Made by a program: the position numbers and the translations under genes. DNA of 59,597 nucleotides, filler included, from Trypethelium eluteriae (lineage: Eukaryota): the NCBI GenBank assembly GCA_051942245.1. It is 2 parts of 2 records of this genome, joined end to end, with 100 filler letters (N's around TTAATTAATTAA, not from the genome) between each part and the next. Parts side by side here need not be neighbours in the genome. Positions count along the whole stretch, not along the records: positions 29,890 to 59,597 come from JAVECL010000289.1; 1 more part is not named here. The stretch is one strand, 5' to 3'. Positions 48,454-59,597 of the stretch are shown here, in pieces. The stretch's first letter is position 1. Each line of letters opens with the position of its first letter. Under the pieces are notes generated by a model. It made no database searches. It was not told the origin of the DNA and saw nothing but the letters and a program-made list of their open reading frames with translations.

Positions 48454-50116
48454 TCAAAAAATGGCTCCTTTTTTCCTTGAATGGCCGCTATGCGGCTTTC
48501 GGTGAGATTTCGTAACCCTATTCGACCTAACCTTGTCGGACCGAGGACTGGATAAGGATAATTTTTGTACTTCCTCGGAATCTCCTAGTTTACCCTTCTG
48601 TCGGAATGACTGGCAGATAAAGGCGACTTTGACGGTGATTTGTAGCCGCCTCGCCGCAAGCTCCTCAAACATGCGGTTGAATAGCATCGGCCAAGGTTCC
48701 TCCGTGTCAGAATCAAAATCCAGAATACTCATGTCTATAATGATATAAATTTGAGATATGCCATCTAAGACAGAAGCAAGCAGATCGAACCATTCCCGCT
48801 CTGTTACGGCTGTTTGAAAACGTACCGCGCTCATCGTCACCGCACGTTCATTGTGAAGCGCAGTATTTCGCTGGATAGCCTGAGATACCAAGTGTTTCAG
48901 AACGTTGATCGATGTGTGCTCTTTCGTCGAATGTATTCGTGGTGTCAGAGCCCATACGACGGGCACATTTGCATTTGCAATCAACTCAATGGCATCAATA
49001 CCAAAGCCTCTGACTGTTCTGTTATTGCAGCGTGATGACGCGCACACAGCGATTTGCGACGACTTAGGGTTCGCTGACCAGTTTTGGAGCTGGTTCGCAT
49101 ATTGAACCATGGGTTTCTCCTCGTAAGGCTCGTGTCTCCGAAGTTTTTTAGGATGGTATAACCGGCGGCATTCCTCTGGAGTTGGAAGGCTGGAACAAGC
49201 CGTAAAGGTCAATATCTGCGATAGCTGAACTTGGCTGAGTCTTTGATTTGTATCTAATATGCCGGAGTATTGTAATGTGTGATGTCCTGATGCCCTCCGT
49301 TAGACAGTACTCAATTGGGCGTGGGCTTGCTTACGCTCTAACAAGAGTTTCATTTCCATCAAGACATCCTGAGTATCCTTGTGCTCTTTCCGCATCTGCT
49401 GGAGCTCATTACGATTTTCCAGGAGCTCGAGTCGGGCTTGTCGTAGTTCTGTCCTGCTCATGCTGTGTGCAAGCCTTTCTATTCGCCGAGAGGTTTCCGA
49501 GACTTCATTTACGATATCTTTAAAGCGCAAACTGTATGGCCGTACCAAAGCGGATACAGCATGCTTGACTTTGCCCTCAGCGTACCACTGTATCGCCCGC
49601 TGGGCAAAGTCAATAATGTTTGCATAAAGTGTCTCGACAAGCTCCTTCATTGCATCTGAAGGATAGAGCAGGAGATCACGCTCTGTTTGCGGCAGAGCAT
49701 CAGCGATCCTGCAGAATGCTTTCCCAAGCTCTTTGGTGAGTTCTTCATGGTTGACTACGCCCTAGTCAGGGAGTTAGCGATACCTAAGCAAAGCAATGAA
49801 CGCTTGGTTGACCAACCACAAACAGAAGCTTAAACGTGCCCCAAGCGAGTGCCACGTATTCGGGATGATGTTCCACAAACACATCTAGTATTTCTCCGTA
49901 TAGATGTAATCTTGTGGAGAGTCTCGTCATCCACTTCCGAGCTTTGCTATTGGTACGGTGTTCATATTGTCGTTGGGCATCGACCACAGCACTGTGAACA
50001 CTGACAATATCGGCATGGCCAGAAAGAAATTGTCGCAAGGCACTGTCTTCACTGAGAACTCCGTCGAGTAATTTCACTGCCTTGTTAAAGGCTGCCTGTG
50101 CTGGATCAGAGGCCAT
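48454..50116 (-). CDS. NACHT-associated N-terminal helical domain protein with a degenerate NTPase region
   Basis: YGEILDVFVEHHPEYVALAWGTFKLLFV|GVVNHEE..IADALP..LLYP..LYANIIDFAQRAIQWY..RPYSLRFKDIV. Introns 49762-49816 and 49287-49334. No GxxGxGK; Walker-B-like IYIIID. Confidence 0.7.
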
Positions 50117-50513
50117 GCTCGTAAGAGCTCAATACCTCTTCATGCTCGCAATTCGACAACTTCTGAGTTTGGCGTGATCGGAGCCCGCCCCCAACTCTTA
50201 TTGATGATCCATTGAAAAGAGTCCAGCAGACGCGGAAGATACAGTTCCGAGAACAGTGGCAATTAATATTCATATCGATGCCTGGGCCGTTCGGAAGACG
50301 TGCTAAAAGGTCTGCGACCGCGAGGGTCAGCTGCCTCAGCCTGCTCTTTCCGGATGGCGCAGGGGCTCAGCCTCATACTCTGGAAGCTACCTCAATTAAT
50401 CCTTTGCGCCTTCAGAGGGAAGAAAATGGACATCGCAAGGCCAGATATCTTGCGCGGCATTGCTTAAGGACCTGGCAAGCGATTCCTCCTTATAGCCGTG
50501 GGTGTGTAAAAAG

Positions 50514-53486
50514 ATGAGTGGTCATCAGCCAGCCAGGCTCAATGGAGCTCCAACGCCCACAGCGGCAATTAATAAGAAGCGACTTGCAGAACAGGTAGCT
50601 GTACGTCTTTGTGGCACATCTCATATTCGTTGCAATGTCAAAAAAACCTGAGGGACCAAAGGAGCTGACAATGTCTTGCAGTTTCCCTTACCAAGTGCTA
50701 AATCCAGCAAACGACAACGAACAGATGTTCCGAGGCCCACCATAGCGAATGTCCCTTCTCAAAGACTCGTGTCTACAATAGAAAATACACCACATACTGA
50801 AAGTACTAACTCTCATCTTTTCCCGCACAATTCATCGAGCGAAGCTTCACCCGAGCCTGAGAACCTTGCCGTGGACTGGAAGGGACTGCTATGCAAGCTA
50901 TTTGGAGCCGATAGCAACACGAACGACGAAACCATCGTACAAGCTTTGGAGCAACGAATGCAGCTACTCCAGAACGCTTACGCACCAGTCGAAGAATCCC
51001 GAAGTCCTTCGCCGGTGCAAGTTACTCCAATCTACCATGTCCTCCACCGGACACGGTGTTTGCGTACCCGGCATGCAGTCGTGAACTGTATCGACTTCGA
51101 TGCTCCTTTTGTTGCGGAGGACGGCCATCTAATGAGCAAGAATCGAATCAAGAATCTAGATGTGCATCTCGCCGAAAATCCCGCGCTGTCATTCATCGCT
51201 TTCCAAGATTATCGCTGCTGCACTGAGCTAGCCCGTAGAATGAAGGCAGAAGCAGATCCTATTCCGTCCAAGGAGAACATCTGGCTCATCTCGTCCCTTC
51301 TCGTGGATGCGCTTCGCATGGCCGTCAAAGAGTTCTCTCACCTAGTCCCAAGCTCGATGATCGAGGAGAAGGCTGAGATTGAAAACCCCCACACGTGGAT
51401 GTATCATCTGAGGGACATTCTTCCGGGAAAGGCAGCCGATCAAAAGGAAGAAACCCATGCGATGCACCTTAGCCTGTTCTTAAGCTACTTCTATGATGGA
51501 AAGAAGAACCAGTTCGAACAAGTAAATCACCTTCTTTCGCAAGGCAAGATCACGCGACAGCATTTCGAGTATTTGTTCGTAAGAATCCCTGATTTGACGC
51601 CTTCTGGCAGATACGCGACACTCACATAAATTCAGGTACCTGGAACCGTTGTCCTTGAGAACAGCGATCCCCGCGGTCTCGCTTTCAAACGGCTGTATCA
51701 GATTCAGGAGTGGCCATCAGTGACGTATAGGTGGGGAAGGTTACAGTCCAACAGGCGAATTATGGACCAAAATCAAGAGACAATGCACGCAACCTTCGAA
51801 GTCAAAACTCTCCGTTGGGAATTCGATGGTAATTTCTATAAAAGCGAGACCAGCAGAAACATCGTGTGCTATGCCGAAGATGACGAGCCAATGGAGATTC
51901 AAAAGCTGCCTCATGTTCCAATGGCGTACCTATCAGAAACGGACAGACATTTCATCAGAGATCGTGGGGAGAAATTCTGGGCGTGTCGTAAGACAAATTA
52001 TGTGTCCTATTTTGGCCGAGCCACTGGCTCCAATGATGTATATGTAAGTGGACCAGGCCGCAACTTCCATACGACATGATACTGAATGACCCAACTGGAC
52101 AGTTTGGTACGAGATTCATGGTCGATATATGGAACTTCCGACGAGCATTCCCTAATTCGGAAACTGCAAGAAGCAATGCAACTAGCGATCTTAGCGAAGA
52201 TGATATGCGCCAAGAGAAACCGCCAGGCGATGAGTTCGTATTTCTGCTTCCTCTGTCTGTATATGCATTCAATTTCCAAGACAAGAACTGGAGTAAGCAT
52301 ACTGTCTCTATCCTCGACCTAGCTGATTTTTGAGTAGGGACTTTGCTGGTCTCCAATACCGGGGAAGTTGAGTGGAATGAAGCCGCGTTTGACACGGTGG
52401 TACTGGCAGAAGATACGAAGACTCTTGTCAAAGCCTTAGTCATGAACATGATCGAACCAGGTAACGCAACTGATATCATCAGCGGAAAGGGTAACGGCTT
52501 GGTTATGCTCCTGCATGGGTAAATTTCACTTCCTGCTAAACTATGAGCAAGCTCCTGATTCTGTAAAGAGGTCCGGGTACCGGCAAGACTCTAACAGCCG
52601 AAAGGTAAGAGCTCCGACATCTACTTGCATCCCGCTCTCGGCACTTGTTTTTACCTCCCAGTAGACCAGGTACACTGACCCTGAAGACCTTCGCTAAGAT
52701 CTCAAGCAGTGTTGCAGAATATGCTCGCAAACCGCTCTATCGTGTGACTTGCGGAGATATTGGTACTTCGCCCACAGCGGTAGAGAAGCATTTGAAGAAC
52801 GTGTTGATGCTTGGAAAGTCGTGGGATGCTGGTAAGGATATACTGACCATGACGTCGGTGCTCCACTGATGGTTTTATAGTTGTTCTTCTTGATGAGGCG
52901 GAGGTCTTTCTACAAGAACGGTCACTAGTCGACATTAATCGGAATGCACTAGTTTCCGGTAAATTACAGTCGCCTTATTTTTTTTTTTAACTTATTAACA
53001 CATTTCCCATAGTATTCTTACGCGTTCTCGAGTACTATGATGGTACGTGGCATCCGTGACTCCCGTAGCTAGAATCTGACATCACTAGGTATCCTCATCC
53101 TCACAAGCAACCGGGTGGGAATCTTTGACGAAGGGTTCAAATCGAGAATTCAGCTTGCCATTCACTACGACAAACTCGGGCTTGCTTCAAGGATACAGGT
53201 TTGGAGCAATTTCATTGATCGCCTTGCAACCTCTCAGCATGGGGAGCTTGACATCGATGACCTGGAGAGACATGTCAACGATCTTGCTCGATATGTGCTC
53301 AACGGTAGAGAAATTCGGAACGCATTGACCACAGGCCGCCAACTTGCCCGATACGAAAAGAAACCATTGACTTATGAAAGCTTGAAGCACGTGATCGATG
53401 TTTCAAGCCGTTTCGACAAGTACCTCAAAGATGTCAACGATGGGTTGGATGATGACCAACTCGCCCGAGATGAATGCCTCAGGTGA
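50514..53486 (+). CDS. Fungal AAA+ ATPase (DUF7025-AAA type)
   Basis: RGEKFWACR, RFMVD, WNEAAFDTVVL, DIISGKGNGLVMLLHG|GPGTGKTLTAE|SVAE, VLLDEAEVFLQER, FLRVLEYYDG|ILILTSNRVG, LNGREIRN. Many short introns; first intron 50595-50681. Confidence 0.92.
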
Positions 53487-54593
53487 TGGCCGATATCTGC
53501 GTACGGAGTTCTCCACAACGATATGAGCTCATGCAAGCGGGAGCATAAGTGGAGCTCATCGAGAGCAATGTAGCCCTGTGCATTCGCCCAAGGTTCGCAG
53601 CGGGGGCTATGAGTAAGACGCACGAGCGCAACAGCTTCATCTCGGACGTAATGTCTCAAAGAACTCTTCGGAGATCGCCATGTCAATGGAAGAGAGTCCT
53701 TCAGTAACAGCAAGAGAGCAGCCATCCATCAAGGGCTGAGCTGAGCTGCGCGAAAGTAGCCGAACAGGAAGTTTGTGGAGTGGTGGTGGACAATTGCATC
53801 TCAGACAGTATAATGTGCGTCAGCCCCCATGTACTTTCTTTTTCGATGGTCGAGATACCTAAGGGTCCTGATACTGACTTGCTGCGTGCAGCAGCAAAGG
53901 CTCAATTCTCGCTGTTTGTAAGACGAGGATTCTAGAGTGGTGGAGCCTCTTGTGGCTCCCGAAGTGTCATAGAGTATGGAATTTCAGTACAGACTGTAAT
54001 TCATTTGCTTCGTTACGAGTTGCCCAAGGTGACTATTTGGTGATTTTGTCAATGGACTCTGCCACTGCCAAGGTGGTCAGGCTCCTGCTCCCGATGCGTC
54101 CGAGCGGTCTAGATCGCCCTCGATCTCGCGTGTCCGCATCGACGTCATCGGCACTCATCTACTTATCGCTCCACAAAAGCGCAGGGTACTCGACCTTTTT
54201 CACCACCCACTATCTGCATACAAACGGGAAGCTCCGTTTTATGTGGGGCTCCGATAGCCGTAATGTGTCGTGCATGTCCAAGGTTCGGATCGGAAACTTG
54301 GATTGGCGTCAAGGCAGTGGGTAGCATCGGTAGTATCTGGGCACTTCGTTTGGCTGTTGGTTGCAGGCACCAGTAGCGTGGGTTGAGTCGCGATCTGCGG
54401 GGTGAGCTCACGCAGCTTCCTCCCCGATGCAGATGCGTCAGCACCTTTGTAACGGCTCGTGAGCACGAGAGGGGGAGTCGAGAGGTATAATAAGGGCATT
54501 GGTGCCCAGCCTTTTTCCCTACTACATCAATTTGCTCTACTGCCATCACCATATCTCCTTGAATTTCTCTCAACATCAATCAGTCTTGCAAAT

Positions 54594-54946
54594 ATGGCAC
54601 AAAACGCGAGCTCTTCACCTCCTAGCAGCCCTATTGACCGTCGCCGCGTACGTTATAACTTCTGTACCCTGGTGCACCGCAGTGGATTCTGCGACTTACG
54701 CCCATACGATCTAACATTATCTACAGTCATCTGGCGAAAGGTTTGCCGCCCTCAATAACCTCAAGCGCAATTCCAACCCTGATGCATTTGCACAACGGCG
54801 ATCAAGCTTGAGTGATCAGGCCACCAATAAGCCTGGCTTCTTCGGTCAGATTTGGCAGAAGTGAGTGTATACCAACTCCACAATGTTTCAGTCCAGCACT
54901 AATGTTGTTCAGCTACACCCGTGGATCTCACCCGGAAAAGAAGTAA
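54594..54946 (+). CDS. Small three-exon protein resembling fungal con-8 / conidiation-specific proteins
   Basis: MAQNASSSPPSSPIDRRR|SSGERFAALNNLKRNSNPDAFAQRRSSLSDQATNKPGFFGQIWQN|YTRGSHPEKK*. Two canonical introns with CTAAC/CTAAT branch points. Confidence 0.75.
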
Positions 54947-55897
54947 ATATGGGGAATATCACGACGGAGGAAAGTGCCCATACTGAAAAAACATTGAACG
55001 ATTGGCGATCCGGGCGTTTCGAAAGCGACTTATGATCAGGGAATTTGCTCATGAAACTATGCTCAACATGTGTATCTGTATTATACTATTAGCTTAATGT
55101 ATCTTATTCTGAATTATTAACTTTCTAACTTTATCATCCTGGCCCGAACGACCTCGCCACTTCCGAAAGTTTTTGGGGTCTTTGTCTTCTCTTTCTTTTC
55201 CGTGGTCACTGATACTCGCCCTGATATTCTTTCTATGTCGCATGCTAGGTTTATGCTTTGGTCAGTATGACTCTCAATTGTGCTAGAGTACAAGCATTGG
55301 TTAGGCACGAAGCAACATGTTGAAAACGAGATGATAAAATCAGAAAGCCCGCAATTCTATATGGATTCATACCTTCGGGCGAAATTGAATTTCTTTTTAT
55401 GGTGCATCGGGAGGGACTAGAATCTGCCTCGCTGGATGACCCCATTAACAATCGAATACAGTACGCAGGCGTGGCAGGTTTCGATACTGGCAATGGATAT
55501 TCCATTTGGCCTTGGCCATGGTGCTGGTCCGGTAATGGCTTCGCTATATTTTGGTAGATTCCACTCAAGAACTTCAGACCGAAGTACGGTTCCTCCAAAA
55601 AGATCAGACGACGTTCGTCCAAATAGTTCTCCACCAGCCTTTGCTCTGAGGGATAAAAACTGCAAGATGCGTAGAGTACTCCAATCCAATTCTTGCCTGG
55701 ACCCTGACGTCTGGAGTCCCAAGGGGTCTGAGATGCGATGCCCCGCGGTCCCCCACCGCCTGATTTTGAATGTGAACTTCCCTTAATCTTTGTGCTGAAG
55801 CCGCAACGACTCAATTGCGGCCTCTATTGTGTCTCGCTTGAGATCGCGTCATTTGTCACCTTGTCTTCGAGCAATTGCTCCAAATACTCGTTCTGCA

Positions 55898-56907
55898 ATG
55901 GCCCAAGCCGCTACCGTCATCCCTGCCCTCAATGAGCGGCCTATCAAGAACACCATCTGTCTTTTCGACGTCGATGAGACACTCACGCCAGCAAGAAGAG
56001 TATGTTGTCCTGTATAGAAAAGCAGGGGCTTTGCTACCCTTGACACTGCTCTCCGTCATCAACCAATTGACCATTCCTTAACCAAATCTAACCCACCAAA
56101 CCCACATCCAGAGCGCTACCCCCGAAATGCTACAAACCCTCTCCGCCCTCCGCCACAAAGTCGCCATCGGTTTCGTCGGCGGCTCCAACCTCGTCAAGCA
56201 GCAGGAACAGCTCGGCGCCCCGTCCATCCCCGTGACCTCGCTCTTCGACTTCTGCTTCGCCGAGAACGGGCTGGTAGCGTACCGGATGGGCGAGCCGCTC
56301 GCGTCCCACTCGTTCATCGGCTGGCTGGGCGAGGAGAAGTACAAGAAGCTAGTGAATTTCTGCCTGCGCTGGATCGCGGACTGCGACGAGGTGCCCGTGA
56401 AGCGGGGCACGTTCGTTGAGTTCCGGAATGGCATGGTGAATGTGAGTCCCGTTGGGAGGAACGCGAGCATGGAGGAGCGGGCTCAGTTTGAGGAGTTCGA
56501 TAATAAGGCGGAAGTGCGGAAGAGGATGGTGGAGGCGTTGAGGAAGGAGTTTCCGGATTATGGGCTCACGTAAGTCCTGACACGAGAGCCCCTTCTTTTT
56601 ATCTCTGCTGGTATGGAACAAAAAGAATGCTTATGAGAGGAATTATCTTGGCAGGTTTTCGATCGGTGGCAAAATATCGTTTGACGTCTTTCCACGCGGT
56701 TGGGATAAGACGTACTGCCTCCAGCATGTACTGGCAGAGAAGGAACGTCCGGACGGAGTGGACTATAAAACGATCCACTTCTTTGGAGATAAGACATCTG
56801 AAGGGGGCAATGATTGGGAGATATTCAGTGATCCGAGAACGATAGGGCATTCAGTAACGGGACCAGAAGATACAATGAAGCAGCTCAAAGAAGTGTTTGG
56901 TGTTTGA
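55898..56907 (+). CDS. SEC53: Phosphomannomutase
   Basis: [15 protein letters not shown] (HAD motif I), [58 protein letters not shown]; two introns. Confidence 0.96.
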
Positions 56908-57399
56908 TGGATGGAACTTCAAACGACCTACCGGGCTTTCGGACATCAGTCACTTCTGGATCAAGGTCCAAGATTTTCGCGATTTCGGACGATATCCCCG
57001 CGAGACAATCCGTGCGTTTAATCATGTTGCAAGGGGACAAGCGGGTTTGAGTTTACAAAAGTATAATTTACCATATAAGTATAGAGATGATAAAAGCCGG
57101 GTCTTGGGGTCTGATGCTTCCTACCTATACAAAGACTTGGGGACACGGCTATGCGAGTGCATATATCGCTGCGAAACAACGAGATAAGAGAAATGTCGCG
57201 CTCTCTGTACCTCAGGTGATGCGCTATCGTATCCTCGGAACTTGAAGGAGGGTCCTCCAGGTAAGATAGGCGACCAATTATGCTGGGTAGGTAGCTAGTA
57301 GCCTGCGGATACGCACTCTGCGAATTCAGAAAGAGCAAGCAGAGCCAGACCGATAAGCAACGGCTGTCATCTGATGAGTCTTGGCTGATCGCTCCTATC

Positions 57400-58551
57400 G
57401 CTTTTGTGGCCAGACAATACCATTTGTACCACATTGGAAAAAGCCCACAATCGAAACAAGCTCATCCAAGCAGGTTCTTACTGGGGAAACAGGCGAGACC
57501 CAAGTAGTTTGGACCAATCCTCTCAGAAAAATGATGCTCCCTCTGCTGCCCGAATCTTGGTTGCGTCTTCTGTAAGGCAGATCGCTCCTAGCGTGTTGAT
57601 CTGACACGACGACTGTATTCCACTTGAACCGAACTCCCATGCCAAACATGCAGCGAGATTCCATGATAACGGCACTGATATTGCACACCTGGTCGGGGGA
57701 AAAATCTCGATAATGGTAGTCCAATCGAAGACCTCAGTCCAGCCAACTGATTATGACGATATTCGACGTCGATCGCCCGATGGGCCTCACCTGCTCCTGT
57801 CGTGTCTATCCAGTATGAACTCAAGTCTTCGTTTCTTTACACTGGCGCTCCTGCCATGCCGCCATACGCTGAGCATCTTCCAACTTCCGACAAGCATAGC
57901 GATCGGCATTTCCATTGCAGTTTTAAAACGAACACCAGGAGTAACCGCTGGAAGCTTAGCTCGTGGCGTTGTGACAATGGTCCACATAACCTTCTGATTT
58001 AATCGCAGAGAGTAATTCAATAATTTCTGGTATTCGAGCACGTCGTTGACTGTTTTTAAATTTTGCCTGATGGTACGCGGATGCCGGGTATTTGAGGAGG
58101 ACTCTACTTTGAGTATTTTCGCCAACTTTTCGAGGGGCTGAAACTTGGCCTCTACGACATCGTAGCCAAGAGCCCTTTTCGTACCCTCTTTATCAGAGAG
58201 CATATTACACACTAAGACCTCTTGTGTTATTCTCAGCAGTTCAGCGTGTTCGTCTATCTCCTCCGACTGCGTGCCTCGCTGTGATCTTTCGCTATCAGTT
58301 TGACGGGTCCTGCCACCGAATCTTTGCTTCAATTGATCCAATTCCTGATTCCCTTTGGCTTTCCGGCGGACCTCTGTGTTCGATGTACTTGTATCTGACG
58401 CTTTCTCTGCGATGGCAAGCTGTTGTTTAAGATTGACGATCTTACGCTTCTGGATCTCCTGCTGATTTCCTTGAGCCTCAGTGGAAGATTTCTCAAGTTC
58501 CGCAATGTCCTGTCGGAGGACCTCGGCCTGGATGTCCTCCCACTTGACCAT
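57400..58551 (-). pseudogene. Orphan coiled-coil gene whose 3' part appears broken
   Basis: MVKWEDIQAEVLRQDIAELEK.. ORF to 57787, followed by protein-like segments in other frames containing stops. Boundaries approximate. Confidence 0.35.
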
Positions 58552-59597
58552 TTTTGACAGCGTTGGGAAAAACGGTAAGCGTAGGGGCGATCGCCGATGA
58601 AGGATATACAGGCTTCGGACTCTAGTCTTCGGTCGAGTTGAGGATAGATGCAAAAGTGGGCGACAAAGATAGCCGTGCGCATGTCATCGCGGGCAGTCCC
58701 TATCCTCTGTTAGGGAGATCCCGAATACGATACGCGTTGAATGCGAAAAATGATAAGTCGAGACGTACTTGATAGGCATCGCTGTGAGTATTTTAAGGGA
58801 ACAGAGACGCTATAATGTATTATCGAAATGTCGGATATACTCTGAGGATAAGTCAAAGATGCTAGTGTTGGGGACCAGGAGAGCTCCCCGGACGTTCCTC
58901 GTCGAGTTAGCGTTGTACTAGAGTATAATCAAGTACTCTAAGCTCCGTGGCTCCCAGCTTCATGCCTTAAACGGTGTAGAGCTGAGTCAGCACAGACAAG
59001 TACCAGCATCACATTTCGAAAAGTCCAGCGCCTAAGGCAGGGAATTTGGAACAGGCAATCGTTTACATCCGTCAACGAATCAGTTACTGTCTTTGCTTAT
59101 TTTAGTTAATCCGCTCATCCAAGCTGAAAAGCCCAGTCTCCTAACCAGGAAAGTCTGTAAGACTGACTTCAATGGGTCCAATCCGCAGACGTTTTGGTTC
59201 ATGTCTATCCTGAGATCCTCGAGTGTTCTTTTGGCAAGGCTGATGGTGCAAGAAATTTCCTTCATCACGACGTCTTGATGCGATTCTCTGAAACTTTCCT
59301 CACTCGGGTCTGACCTCTCTTCTACGTCTTTCTAGCGAAGCCTCTTATTTTAGCCTCTTCGTCGTCATCTTGTATAAGTCGCATTTGCATGGGATACTCC
59401 TCCGGGTATAGCTACGTAAGATGATATCTTGAGAGCTCTAGCACCCCGGCCCTTCGATTCAACAACTGGCTAAATAAAGCAACAAGCCTTTCTTTCGATA
59501 TTCGAAGGACGGCTCTACTCTAGTACTTTTGGAACCCATCAATCATCTCTATGGATCCTCCACTGGCTCCTCCTACCTCCCAACCCAACTCCACTAC

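Overview
Filamentous ascomycete (Pezizomycotina) genomic DNA with short GT-AG introns and CTRAY branch points. There is one 100-bp scaffold gap at 29790-29889. Core genes: MATE transporter (3' end), histidine acid phosphatase/phytase, S10 serine carboxypeptidase, Zn2Cys6 TF next to RTA1, FAD synthetase, sulfite reductase beta subunit, intron-containing tRNA-His, eIF3j, beta-carbonic anhydrase, a small secreted Cys-rich protein, a fungal TF-like protein, clathrin heavy chain, pyruvate carboxylase, a con-8-like spliced microgene and phosphomannomutase. Two accessory segments stand out. (1) At about 11-21.5 kb, a DUF6594-type membrane protein gene sits head-to-head with a retropepsin-like (DSG) gene and a catalytically dead look-alike. 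These are followed by TE relics, a truncated kinase pseudogene joined to a hAT-like MITE through a perfect palindrome, and a HET-domain gene with one in-frame stop. (2) At 48.4-53.5 kb, a P-loop-degenerate NACHT-like gene is divergent from an AAA+ ATPase. These two modules are my best candidates for undescribed non-self/cell-death systems. Family names come from motif recognition and recall, not from searches, and gene models were spliced by eye.
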